A stretch of 63,408 nucleotides of DNA, filler included, from Corallochytrium limacisporum Hawaii (Eukaryota > Protista > Pluriformea): assembly GCA_002811645.1 (NCBI GenBank). It is 4 parts of 4 records of this genome, joined end to end, with 100 filler letters (N's around TTAATTAATTAA, not from the genome) between each part and the next. Parts side by side here need not be neighbours in the genome. Positions count along the whole stretch, not along the records: positions 1 to 24,879 come from PDIP01000138.1; positions 24,980 to 40,805 come from PDIP01000188.1; 2 more parts are not named here. One strand, written 5' to 3'. Shown here piece after piece: positions 21,568 through 32,824 of the stretch. Made by a program: the position numbers and the translations under genes. Below the pieces are notes generated by a model. It was given only the letters and a program-made list of their open reading frames with translations. It ran no database searches and was not told the DNA's origin. How positions within the stretch are numbered: position 1 is the stretch's first letter; every line of letters starts with the position of its first letter.

Positions 21568-24234
21568 CTAAGCCGTCTCTCCGTCAATGCATGACTGTGG
21601 TACCCATCCGAGTTGGTCTTCCTTTTCGACCAGTGCCCAGTCTCCGTTGATCTCACCAGTCGGATAGACCGTTTGGCCCGCCTCTACGGACATCTGTCCC
21701 AAATCGTCAGCCTCAAAGTCGTGGATCACTGAAGACGAGCGTCGAGCGAGACGCTCTCTCTTTCCTTCACCATTCGCTGTCGGTGACTTTTCGGACAGGG
21801 TCACGCGGTGACCGGGCTCTGAAGCTGTCTGCAGACTGGCCCGCTCCGTAGCTGCTCTGCGATGATTGCCGCTGCCGCGCGGTGGAAGAGGTGGTGGGTT
21901 TATGTTCACCCCTGATGATTCGTTCTTGCGCATCACTTTGTTGAGCATCTGCTGCTCTAGCTGTTCCTTCAGGTGTATCTCTTCCACTCTTTCGTGCAGC
22001 GACTGCACGCTCTGGCGCAGTTCAGCCTGGGTGAGGACTCTGCCAGGCGTGGCACCCTCGGGACCTTCAATCAAAGTTTGCACAATGAGCGACTGTGATG
22101 CGGCGTCCCGCATGGCCGACATTGGATCGTCGAGTGCAGTGCCGTCCTCGCTGGTGTTGCGCAAAAGTGTGGGACCAAATACCACGGCCAAGTTGGATGG
22201 GGTCATCATGTTTTTGCTGCTGTTGGAAGCCACCTTGCGCAGGAAACGAATGATGAAAAGTAGGGTCTCGCGGTGACACTCGGGGGCGAGGTCCAGAAGA
22301 TCATCAATCTCTTCATAGCGCAGGTTCGGATCTTCAATTGGCGCGCAGGTACCAATGAGGTGGCGGTACAGCATTGGAGGAATGACCGACACCGGCAGGT
22401 CACGCAGGTACATCTTCATTAGACTCGCAATGTCATGGAAGTCCTCCAAGCTGATAAGGTTCTCCTTACCTTCAAATGTTTGTCGCAGGTCAAAGACTGG
22501 ATCATTGTAGGCCACGCGCAGCTTCTGTACCCGGGCCACGCTGCCAGAGACACGGAAAAGTCCTTCCAATTCCAGCGCTCGCGGATCGTCCAGGAAATCC
22601 ACGCAGTGCAACACTACCGGCGGCACTTTGGTCTTGTGTAAGCGACAAATCTCTTCGAGGTTGGTACCGAACGTGTCCGCCTTAGCAATCCCTTGCTCCC
22701 GTAGCAGTTCCAGACCGGGACGCTTCATCAATCGCAGCGTTAGGTACTTGCGACGATTATTCCAAGAGTCAGAGTATGAACCCTCTATGGGGTCCTCATC
22801 CTCTGCGTCCGGACTTGGAATATCGTACTTCTCGAGAACCGCCATCCGGACCTTTCCGACCCGACCGTACTGGTTGCGCACAGTCACGATCTCTTCGGTG
22901 CCATTCTTTGCCTTGGAGTGGGCAATGATGACCACCTCTTCCTCTGGGGCTAGAGCCAAATGTTCCTCCTTTTCCGGGTTGTACCGTTCCTTGGCACGGA
23001 ATACCATGCCCAACACACTACTCTGCGCCAGTCCATCACTGCTCTGTCTCAGTTTTGCAAGGGCAGTCTTGATTCGGGCGAATTCTAGTTGTCGTGTCAG
23101 GTAATACGCTAGAGTCGCCGGATTGCTAATGTGCTGTTTACCAATGCCATAGGTGGCCAATTCTTCACTTAGTTCTGCGTATCGTCCTTGCACACGGTCG
23201 AAGAGAGCGAGCAGGTCGTCGTCTGGCATCAACTTGCTTACTTCATCACCCGCTGCGCCGGCGAAACCGTACGCGTCTGTCATGGGCGGGGTGAAAATGT
23301 CGCCCCTCATCTTCCTCAGGTATTCCTTCATTATCTCCGTGCTCAATGACTCCGTGTTCTGCAGGACCTGAGCAATGAGACGGCTACCACTGTCATCGAT
23401 AGACATTTGCGCGTCACAAAAGCCCCGGAAGAAGTTGCGCATGCCATTATACAGGGTCACATCCTGAGCGCGAATCACCTCATCCAGGTCGTGGCCATAG
23501 AACTGCTCAAGGGTAGCGTTGGTCTGATCAATGGCCAGTAAATAGGCATTTCGTGTCCGAATCAGCGCCGTGCTCGTAGCTTCCAACTTGCCATTTAGTT
23601 TCTTGATCTTCTCCTCATTCTTTCCGCCTTTGTCTTTCTCCCTGGCCTCATTCAGACTTTTCACCACCTTTAGGTGTGCGCTTGTAGCATCTTGATAGGC
23701 ATTCAGGCAGTTCAACAAATGACTCAATGACTTCGCTACCTTATCCTGTTGAGCACTAAAGAGTGCCCGGATCTCATCGCACCGATTTGCGTAGAGCTTG
23801 GCCGTTGTTTGCAACTGTTGTGATACTGTTTTAGAGAAGTACTCCGCGGCTTGGGCATGTTGCATTGCAATCTGTTTATGCTGCAAGACTACAGCTGCGA
23901 ATGGCTCGCTTAGCGAGCCACGAATACGCGGAAGGTTGGGCGGTATGCTCTTCTCCTTCTGTCCCTTCTGTGGCATTGCGGGTAGTTCGACGGGTTTGTA
24001 ACGGTCGATTAGCTTCATCATATCAGAAGCATAGCGGTTCTCAATGTCTGCTCGGCGTTTGAAGAAGTCAATGGCATCCTTGATGGCACTGAGATTCACA
24101 TCTTGAAGGTTCTCTAACAGTTCTCCTTCTCGGCCCTGGTGTGCCTTCAACAGCTTGATGTCTCTGTCTAGCTTTTCCTTTGCCTGTTGGGCAGAGCCCT
24201 CCACTCGGTCGGATGATCCCCATCGACGCATCAT
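21568..24234 (-). CDS. RhoGAP with F-BAR - SH3 - RPEL-like motif - RhoGAP - SH3 architecture
   Basis: FCH motif FFKRRADIENRYA; SH3-like FRAKERYNPEKEEHLAL; LMKRPGLELLREQGI; GAP domain (FG..L, EGLFRVSG arginine finger, ASLMKMYLRDLP, NMMTPSNLAVVFGPTL); C-terminal SH3 (HDFEA..GDW..GWVP). Confidence 0.88.
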   Translation of the reverse strand: MMRRWGSSDRVEGSAQQAKEKLDRDIKLLKAHQGREGELLENLQDVNLSAIKDAIDFFKRRADIENRYASDMMKLIDRYKPVELPAMPQKGQKEKSIPPNLPRIRGSLSEPFAAVVLQHKQIAMQHAQAAEYFSKTVSQQLQTTAKLYANRCDEIRALFSAQQDKVAKSLSHLLNCLNAYQDATSAHLKVVKSLNEAREKDKGGKNEEKIKKLNGKLEATSTALIRTRNAYLLAIDQTNATLEQFYGHDLDEVIRAQDVTLYNGMRNFFRGFCDAQMSIDDSGSRLIAQVLQNTESLSTEIMKEYLRKMRGDIFTPPMTDAYGFAGAAGDEVSKLMPDDDLLALFDRVQGRYAELSEELATYGIGKQHISNPATLAYYLTRQLEFARIKTALAKLRQSSDGLAQSSVLGMVFRAKERYNPEKEEHLALAPEEEVVIIAHSKAKNGTEEIVTVRNQYGRVGKVRMAVLEKYDIPSPDAEDEDPIEGSYSDSWNNRRKYLTLRLMKRPGLELLREQGIAKADTFGTNLEEICRLHKTKVPPVVLHCVDFLDDPRALELEGLFRVSGSVARVQKLRVAYNDPVFDLRQTFEGKENLISLEDFHDIASLMKMYLRDLPVSVIPPMLYRHLIGTCAPIEDPNLRYEEIDDLLDLAPECHRETLLFIIRFLRKVASNSSKNMMTPSNLAVVFGPTLLRNTSEDGTALDDPMSAMRDAASQSLIVQTLIEGPEGATPGRVLTQAELRQSVQSLHERVEEIHLKEQLEQQMLNKVMRKNESSGVNINPPPLPPRGSGNHRRAATERASLQTASEPGHRVTLSEKSPTANGEGKRERLARRSSSVIHDFEADDLGQMSVEAGQTVYPTGEINGDWALVEKEDQLGWVPQSCIDGETA

Positions 24235-24802
24235 TGTTTCAGGCTGCAGTAACAATTCAATCTGTCCTAAATTATTGTAGCCCTTCCATTGCGTTCATCG
24301 CCCTCAACTACTCTGCTGCTATTCACACGTGTATGACGCTGATCAGGACCCAGTGTGATAAGTAGACTGGATCTTCTTGCTTCGAATAGCCAGAACGACA
24401 GAAACGTTTTCTTGGACCAAGTGATAATCGCTTCAATCACTTTGGACCAAATCCAGTTGTATTGGGGAATCACAAACAACACAAGACCCGGGTCCAGCTT
24501 GCGGATGCTAAGATGATCCTAACGAAAGAATGACTCGTATCAACGTCAAGCCAACCTGCTGCAGCCCCTGCTTACCGTGAGGTCTGTCGAAGCCATCAAC
24601 GTTGAATGTACCAAAGCAGGGTCAAAAAAAATTTGCTCATTCGCTTGCTACTACGTTTCATGATTACCCGACCCGCCTCTTGCCTGTGTCCGTATCATCG
24701 CTAAGCGTAGTCTGTACGGGGGGGGATGACAGGAAATTTCCCTCCCTTCCTAACGTTTTCGACCAATCAGAGCGCAATAAAGGATCCGAATTCCGTCCCT
24801 AC

Positions 24803-24879
24803 TACCACCCTCTGTCTGGGAATATTGTATCAAATCTACTCATTTTGATTTAGCTCTGCCGTCGCTTGGGAGAGCGGGA
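24803..24879 (+). mobile_element. Terminus of the TA-flanked DNA transposon family, running into an assembly gap
   Basis: TA + CCACCCTCTGTCTGG, identical to the ends at 67-83 and 60873, followed by a different subterminal sequence. Confidence 0.7.
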
Positions 24880-25174
24880 NNNNNNNNNNNNNNNNNNNNN
24901 NNNNNNNNNNNNNNNNNNNNNNNTTAATTAATTAANNNNNNNNNNNNNNNNNNNNNNNNNNNNNNNNNNNNNNNNNNNNGGAGAGGAGGGAGGGAGGGAG
25001 GGAGGGAGAGGAGGGAGGGAGAGGAGGGCTGCTTTGATGGACTGATGATCCCTGAGCGATGGTCGCGAGTGTGTTGGATTCTGTTCTGGAAATTGAAATT
25101 TGACCAAAAGAAAGCCTCTTAATAGTCGCGGAGTCTATGACTGTATGAATGGCATATGTATGGGAAAGTGTTCT

Positions 25175-27211
25175 TTAGGCCACTGTCACGGTCTTTTTCA
25201 CCGTATTAGATTCCTCAATTCCGCCGTTTGGACCAAGGTGACCTTTGGCGATAGTTGCATTCACAGTTGAGTCCTCCGCACGCAGAGTAACGGTGTAGCT
25301 GCCGGATTTGAGACCCTTCAGAGTGAATTCATAGGGGTAAACTTTCTCTTGATCAAGGAAGGTCCGACCTCCGCAATGGTATCCGGTGCCCTTGTAGGTG
25401 CTAGGCATAGCAGAACCAATGTTGGCGAGGAGCAAGGTGGATCCTCCCTGCAGATCAGAGCTTTCAGCAGAGCTCAGAGAGTGGGAGGCCTCCGTGCTCT
25501 CAACGGAGGACACCTTCGTCGGATTGCTGAAGTCCAGGTCACCCGTGGAGACATAGAGGTTGTAGCGCACGGGTCGGGTCTGGTCGACGGCCAGGTCCCA
25601 CTCAATGGTCAGGGTACCAGATTCGGATGTGCCAATAGATTGCACTCCTACACGACCACCTTTGTTTCCTTCTTTTCGGGTGTTGGTGTGGTCATCTGAG
25701 CTAGTTTCGCCCTTTGCCGCATAGTAGTCAGCGTTGGCGTCGCACGTTGAGGTGTAGCCGTTCGCGGAGTTGGACCAGGTTGGCTCATATTGGTCCGCAG
25801 GCAGATTTTCGGCGGCGACATTGGAGGAACTGGTAACTTCCTTGTTGGCAATGTACGGCTTGGTACCGAAGGTTTGGAGATCGTCAAGATACAACGACCA
25901 ATTTTCCGTGCTGGGGGCGGAGTCAGGGTCTTCCCAGTAGTCAAGTTGCAAGACCACACCATAGTTGTCACCGGGGCGGGAAAATTCGGTCAACATCTTG
26001 GTCAGCCACATATTCCGGTTGTTCTGCCAGTATGATGACGGGTGGTGGTAGTCGGAGTCGGCGAAAAAGGACTCAAACAACACGAAATCAACGTGCGGGG
26101 CCGGACTGTTGTCAAACTGGTAGCTAATGTGGGGCGCGTAGAAGAAGACACCACGATTCAACAGGAAAAGAGACTTAGTAAACTTTTCGTCCAGAGCTTT
26201 TACAACGGCGAGGATACCATTAGCAACCCAACCATGACCATTCCAGGGATCGGCCACGTCCGGAGTGTCCAGGAAGATACCGTCGAAGCCCAAATCATTA
26301 AGCCAGTGATCAGCTTCGTCCAAGATGATCTTTTGCCACAATGCAGAGGTACCGTCAATGTAGTAGCTATTCCAATCAACATTCTTGTCTTCAGTGTTGC
26401 TATCGTTCTTGTCAACGTAAAAGTCAGCCACCCCGTCATACTCGGGAACTCGATCGGTGCTGCCGTCGGGGTTCAGGTGAACGGGCCCGCTGCCATCACC
26501 AGCGATGAGCTTACCCTCAGTAGCTTTGGGAGAGGCGGATTCCTCACCAATGGAAATATACATGAGCACGGCAACATCGTCCGACGTTCCTTTCTGGCCG
26601 TCCTCACCAACCTGGATGTCATGCAACCTGCTCTTCATATCATCTTCTGTACCAGAAAAACCACCCCAGTGGAGGGCTGCCATGTTGAAAGTATGCAAGG
26701 TGGTAACAATATCGTCTTTGTTCCAATCACCATAGTTGATATACCAGTTCTTGTAGTCATCAAGGCTCCGGAGCCGGTTGCCTCCGTAATTGCTTTCTTC
26801 GGTCATGGAGCCGCCTTGGTAGAGCAGTTTAGGGGTGAAGGTGGCAGTATTCGTATTAGTAGTAGTAGAAGTGGTAGTGGTAGTGGTGCTGTTGGGATTA
26901 CAGTTAGTCTCAGTGGTGCAGAGGTTGGTGTTGCACGGCACGCAGGTGTTTGGCTTGTCTTTATAGCACTGGCAGTCATTTTCCGGATCCACGCAAATGG
27001 CACAGTCAGTTCGGGACGAATCCCAATAACATACGCCACCAGTGGCCGATGCTGTCCATTGGTTAAGCGTACAGGTGCTGGTCAGGTCGTCAGAAACGGA
27101 CCTTGCGAAGAGTCCATCAATGAGACCGGCAGGGAATGCCTGGGCCGGAGACTCCGCAAGAATAGCGCAAAGCGCGACGGTGAATGTTACCGAGTAGGAC
27201 ATCCCGATCAT
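25175..27211 (-). CDS. Secreted glycoside hydrolase, GH114/GH166 (PelA/Ega3-like) TIM barrel, with Cys-rich N-terminal module, Thr linker and FnIII-like C-terminal domain
   Basis: Signal peptide; YISIGE, W..Y+D, GFDGIFLDT, LLNRG, FVLFES motifs; LTIEWDLAVDQTRPVRYNLYVS. Confidence 0.72.
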   Translation of the reverse strand: MIGMSYSVTFTVALCAILAESPAQAFPAGLIDGLFARSVSDDLTSTCTLNQWTASATGGVCYWDSSRTDCAICVDPENDCQCYKDKPNTCVPCNTNLCTTETNCNPNSTTTTTTSTTTNTNTATFTPKLLYQGGSMTEESNYGGNRLRSLDDYKNWYINYGDWNKDDIVTTLHTFNMAALHWGGFSGTEDDMKSRLHDIQVGEDGQKGTSDDVAVLMYISIGEESASPKATEGKLIAGDGSGPVHLNPDGSTDRVPEYDGVADFYVDKNDSNTEDKNVDWNSYYIDGTSALWQKIILDEADHWLNDLGFDGIFLDTPDVADPWNGHGWVANGILAVVKALDEKFTKSLFLLNRGVFFYAPHISYQFDNSPAPHVDFVLFESFFADSDYHHPSSYWQNNRNMWLTKMLTEFSRPGDNYGVVLQLDYWEDPDSAPSTENWSLYLDDLQTFGTKPYIANKEVTSSSNVAAENLPADQYEPTWSNSANGYTSTCDANADYYAAKGETSSDDHTNTRKEGNKGGRVGVQSIGTSESGTLTIEWDLAVDQTRPVRYNLYVSTGDLDFSNPTKVSSVESTEASHSLSSAESSDLQGGSTLLLANIGSAMPSTYKGTGYHCGGRTFLDQEKVYPYEFTLKGLKSGSYTVTLRAEDSTVNATIAKGHLGPNGGIEESNTVKKTVTVA

Positions 27212-28976
27212 GTCAGTGTCGACTTTCTTTAATATGCTTTTCTTTAGGAGGATGTTTCACGCTTGAAACAATATGATTCTGAACGAATGGTTCACAGAAG
27301 GACAGGATCCTTAAATACATGATCCGAAACTATTTCGACACTCACCTGCTAACATACTCTATAACCCAGATGCATTACCTCACTTCATGAATGTCACATG
27401 GACAAGTGAATGACTTACAGACACCACTTTTGCTGGAGAAACCTTCCTGTGTAACAAAATTTTGCGAGCGGCCTCCATTTCAGATTCGCTGAGATCGATG
27501 CACTCTTTGCTCGCACTCGGAGTCCGCTGTGTGTGGAGGTTTCCCCTTTCCCCTCTTTCCGTCCCTTCCCCCCCGGCGCTTTGGCCCGCTGGAATTGGCA
27601 GGTCTCTACCCACTTTCCCTGTTCCCTCTGTGTAACCCCCCCTCTCCCTTCCCCGTTCGAATTAGTGGTCTCAAAATTGTGCCTCTGAAACGCTGGGTGG
27701 GAGGGTGGTGGAACTTTGTATGGCAGACTACCCAGGGTACGAGATGGAGCTCATGATTCCCAAAGGTCTTATCAACGATATTCCCCAGCTCACCAAGCAA
27801 AAAAAAAGTCCCAAAAAAAAAAAGGGAAAAAAGGGCGGAAAGATAGCTCTCCCATCCATGTCAAATACTCAAAGGGAAGGGAGCTCCAGAATTGGGGATT
27901 CCATAACCGGGGGGACGGCAGGGGCAAGGGAATTGGCATGAGTCTATCGTTCCATTTGTGTTGTATCCCCGTCCGCGAAGTCTGTATAGGCGTGGTAGGG
28001 TGTAGACAACGTAGGAACAATAGAGAATATCGTTGACTTCCTTCTTGCCCGTCATCAACGAAACATTACGAAGCCAGTTTTGAAGGTGTGTAGTATCACT
28101 TGCTGGAGGAAAATGGCTATCATGGGAAGGGGGGGGGTGTGTGTTAATCGCCGTAACGCCAAACACACCACCTCGCACACAGCGCCATTGCAACGAATTC
28201 GTTCGAAACTCTTGGGGGTATGTTTTGCGCGTCGTCGTCCTCAGTGGCAAGAAAGAAGGACTGTGTAACTGTTACAGTCGCTAAGGCATGTGCCCACTCA
28301 ATCACTTACTTTGCACCAAGGGCGGGAGGTTAGGGTAATGGGGAAGGCACGGAACGAAAGGATTATTGTGTTCTGCAGCACTCAGCCAGAAGTTAGCTTA
28401 TTGAAAACTAGACGCGATAGCATTACTAACCCTTTCTGTCAGGTTGCGAAAAAATCTCGGTACGAATATGAAACTGACTGCTCTCATTATTTACAGATTT
28501 ATATACATAATGTATTGAATTTAATCCCAAATTTGGACAGCTCAACTGGCCAGTTAGTTTCTGGAACACCAAATCACAAATCTTTTTTCTTGTGGACTAG
28601 GGTATGACTCTCGGCAACCTGGAAGAGGGCAGACTTCTCGTGCAGATCTCTCGTTGATGAACATGGCCGCCTTCTTGCGCTAATTGATATGGCAGGAAGG
28701 CCCTGCGCAATACTGGTATACCGGGCTCACGTCAGCATTCACGATTGTGTCAACGGCGTGAAGGAATCACAAAAGGCGACTAAAATTCGCTACACTGGAC
28801 AGCAATTGTATGAAAAAAGGAACGCCTCGTCTGCGTACCAAACGTACGGTAGTAATACAGGCAGTATGGAAGGAAGTCACGTTTTCGTAGGCACTGTGCA
28901 AAGTAAACAAGCAAGGAACACGGGGAAGTGCGCATCGATAGCAGGAGTGGACGAAGGGACCGAGACCAGACCGAGA

Positions 28977-28977
28977 C

Positions 28978-29044
<67 letters not shown>

Positions 29045-29069
29045 CAGAGAGAGAGTGTGTGTGTGTGTG
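28977..29069. repeat. (GA)n/(GT)n microsatellite
   Basis: Dinucleotide tracts seen directly. Confidence 0.9.
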
Positions 29070-29595
29070 ACCGTTCACTTCCCACTTTTCCTTTGGTTTA
29101 TTTCGAAAATATTTCTCCATTTATTTTGTTGGGTGTTCGTTTCTGTTTCTTTTTTTTTTTTGGCCCGTTTCGTGGCCGGTCATCCCGAACACCCGCCGCG
29201 GAGCGGAGGGAAATTTGGGAGGGCCAAGCAGAATGGGGAGAGACTTTGGCAGTTGTTTCAGTATGTGAAGGTGGGGGAAAGATCGTAGGGGGAATGACAG
29301 CAGCGCGATCTAAGAAAGCGGGGCGCGCTAAAAAGGTCGAGACCCCCTGGGGGGCCTTCTCTGCGGCGGTTTCAGAACCGTCCAACCGCAGGCTTGGGTG
29401 TCGCCCTCGCGGCAACATCATCCAACATCGTTCAGAACAGAGACAATGCTTGAACGGTCGATAGGATTCACACTATGGTGTGCCGTCTATTGAGGGTGGT
29501 TCCCCAAAACATCCGTCCACCCTGGCCGGGAATCTGGACGGTACCACGTCTGAAGAGTCTGGTCTCCCCTTCACCAACCAAAACTGTTCCCTGCT

Positions 29596-29955
29596 TCACA
29601 GGCGGGTCAGACCACTGTTACTGGACTGAGTAAACAGGTAGGCAGCGCCGACAGCGGCCAGGACAACGACAAGGATAAGGGGTAGAGAGATTAATGATCC
29701 GCCCTCCTCAGCAGTGGCCACGGCAGAGCCCGCGGCGCCCTTACCCCTGGAAGTAGTCTTGCGAGAGGGTGTCGACTTGGGAGTGCGCCTGGGGGATCCC
29801 TTGGGAGTCTTCTCAGCCTTCTGCTTGTTGATCAGGTTGTTAAGCTCACGTTCCCACTTCGGCCGGGTCAGTTGGTTGACCGGTCCCTTGACCTCAATGC
29901 CATACTCTCCGAGTAGCTTGCGGAATTGCGCATGCGAGAAATTTGAAGTGTCCAT
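29596..29955 (-). CDS. Small LEM-domain, tail-anchored membrane protein (emerin/LAP2-like layout)
   Basis: 119 aa; N-terminal FRKLLGEYGIEVKGPVNQLTRPKWEREL fits the LEM consensus L..YG...GP+...TR..YE..L; basic S/T-P region; C-terminal TM helix. Confidence 0.75.
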   Translation of the reverse strand: MDTSNFSHAQFRKLLGEYGIEVKGPVNQLTRPKWERELNNLINKQKAEKTPKGSPRRTPKSTPSRKTTSRGKGAAGSAVATAEEGGSLISLPLILVVVLAAVGAAYLFTQSSNSGLTRL

Positions 29956-30415
29956 AGTTGGTTATGTTTTAGAAGACAGACGCTTAACTGTACCTAATTC
30001 CGGGTTTGTGCTAAAATCTGATCCCGTTGCGAATTCAATCCACCAACAGTACTTTCCTTCGAACCTCGTCCAAGCGGTTTCCCGGTCCACACACTTAATT
30101 CTTTAGGTGTTCACGTGTCACAAACGCACAGGTTTCCACACATTCCCATGATCTCCCATGGTTCTGTCCCAAATACCCACAGCAGGTGGCTTAAATCCTG
30201 GGGCCAAAGAGGCTCTTAGTCTTTGTCTCACATGTCACGTAACACCCAAACGAAAGAAACCCAGAAAAGAAAAAAAGGATTAAAAAAAGGGATAAAAAGT
30301 CTTTCAAGTGAGTGAGAGAGCTGAGCCCCAAAACCGCCAACCGAAGAAAAAAAATCAATCAACACCGAGGAGCAGGGATGGATGGAAAAATTGGGAAGAA
30401 AGAAAGAATTGAAAG

Positions 30416-30419
<4 letters not shown>

Positions 30420-30455
<36 letters not shown>

Positions 30456-30561
30456 TACAAAAATGAATAGGAATTTAAGAAAAAAAAGGGAGGAAAGGAA
30501 AAAGAGAAATTTTCAAGTACAAAAAAACACCAAAAAATCTCCGGGGTCTTTGCTCTCTTGC

Positions 30562-30629
<68 letters not shown>

Positions 30630-30783
30630 NNNNNNNNNNNNNNNNNNNNNNNNNNNNNNNNNNNNNNNNNNNNNNNNNNNNNNNNNNNNNNNNNNNNNNN
30701 NNNNNNNNNNNNNNNNNNNNNNNNNNNNNNNNNNNNNNNNNNNNNNNNNNNNNNNNNNNNNNNNNNNNNNNNNNNNNNNNNNN

Positions 30784-30830
<47 letters not shown>
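30420..30830. repeat. (GA)n and (CT)n microsatellites spanning a gap
   Basis: Dinucleotide tracts seen directly. Confidence 0.85.
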
Positions 30831-30835
<5 letters not shown>

Positions 30836-31458
30836 CTCTGTGTCTGTGTACTTACCCACCCACGACCCCCGGGCACCTCCGTGGATAGTCACCGGCGGCG
30901 CCCGCTCCTTTGCGCCTTGGGCCCCCCCCCTCCTTCCGCTCGGTAAAAAAAATCAAAATTCGGAGAGATTCTGAAAAAAAACACGGCCGGTATTTTTTAC
31001 TTTGAATTTGATCTTTTTTTCGTAATTTTCTTTTGTTCCTTTGGGACCACTGACAGAGAGAGAGAGAGAAGAGAGAGAAATTTCCTTTTCTTCTCGCCGC
31101 CCGGTGCGGGGCGCAGGTTTGGCACTCGCTGCTTCCATTCTTCTTTCTTTTTTTAGTTTCTTTTGGATCACAGACGCTGGCCGGCGCCAGGACGTGGGTA
31201 AGAATTTCAATGTTTTGACTATAAAACACCCCGGGAAAAACTTGCCCGAGACAAAGGAAACTGCCGCTTCCTTTCTTTCCTTTGCTTTTTACCGTCGCTC
31301 TCGCTCTCTCTCTCTTTTTCTCTTCCCTTCCCTGCCACCCACCGCCCTTTTTGGCCCCGAGGCCGCCACCGGCCTTCCCATTTTTTCCCGCCTAAATTTT
31401 CTCTGTACGATCGCTGCTACCGCCCCGGTCTCGCCCGGGTTCCCGGAGGGGGGGGGGA

Positions 31459-31490
<32 letters not shown>

Positions 31491-32824
31491 TGTGTGTGTG
31501 TGTGTGTCTCTCTCTCTTTCGCTCTGTCCTGAGTGGGTTAGCGCCGATTTCCTTTAATTTTCTTTTTTTTATTTTTTTTTAGTTTTCCTTTTGTTTTTTT
31601 TTCGCATTGGTTTTGATTTTTTTTTTGGGGCCTTGGCTCCGCTGGGACTTTGTGAAAAAGAAAACTGCCCCCCTCCCCCTCCCTCCCTCCGCGCGGGCCC
31701 AATTTTGTATTCGCCTTCGACCCACCCCCCCCCGGCCCTCTCCCTCCTCCCCCTAAAGGTCCCGGCAGAGTACCGGTACAGCGGTACCTGCAAAATGCTC
31801 TATAGTGAATGTACTGCATTACCCTTGGTAAGAAATGGACTCCCATTGCGGTGCCACTGAGGCCAGAAGAGAAAAAAAAATAAAAGGGGAGAGGAAGAGA
31901 GAGAGAGGTGGTAGGGGAGCAAAGGACACCGAGAAAAAAAGAGAACCCTCCCTTTTTCTATAGCAACAGTACCGGCGGTATTTCAAAACGGGAGAAAGAA
32001 TAAGGAAAGAAAGTGTTTGTGGGGAAAGGAAGGGGGGGGGGGTTCTTTCTTCCCTCTCTCTCTCTCTCTCTCCCNNNNNNNNNNNNNNNNNNNNNNNNNN
32101 NNNNNNNNNNNNNNNNNNNNNNNNNNNNNNNNNNNNNNNNNNNNNNNNNNNNNNNNNNNNNNNNNNNNNNNNNNNNNNNNNNNNNNNNNNNNNNNNNNNN
32201 NNNNNNNNNNNNNNNNNNNNNNNNNNNNNNNNNNNNNNNNNNNNNNNNNNNNNNNNNNNNNNNNNNNNNNNNNNNNNNNNNNNNNNNNNNNNNNNNNNNN
32301 NNNNNNNNNNNNNNNNNNNNNNNNNNNNNNNNNNNNNNNNNNNNNNNNNNNNNNNNNNNNNNNNNNNNNNCCCCCCTCCGGGGTCCCCCTCGCACGCACA
32401 GTTACGAAGGCCCCGGTGTGTGTGTGTGCAGAACACCACGCGAAACACGGGCGAGGCCCCGGGCAGTCCCGCCAAAGAGTGAGTAGTCCTCGTGGCAGCT
32501 GCGGGTGAGGTGGCTTTCAAGGGAGGGTCAGCTGGGACAGCCCCTTGATCATCACCAGGGAGAGTATTACAGACCGCAACACACGAACGATAACATGACA
32601 AAGTATATGAACCAACCACCGGAAATGGAAAATGTGCAAATGACCTAACCATCAGAAGGGGGGTTTACGTACTACCTCAATTCAGTAATGATTTCAAAAT
32701 GTCACATACGGATGGAGCTGATAATGTATTATGCAAAAAATCATGCCGTGGTTTGACTAAAATGGACGACAGGGAATGTACAGTGGTGAAATGGGATGAT
32801 GCAGCAGACACAACAGATTATTCA

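Noticed and set aside
24924-24935. TTAATTAATTAA palindrome inside N runs (also 40850-40861 and 61149-61160)
   Set aside because: Identical six-frame-stop spacer centred in 100-nt gaps; a scaffolding artefact. Adjacency across these gaps is not guaranteed
26042-27232. 396-aa plus-strand ORF, and similar antisense ORFs over other genes (940-1692, 33857-34669, 47929-48495)
   Set aside because: Antisense shadows of well-supported genes, with no motifs
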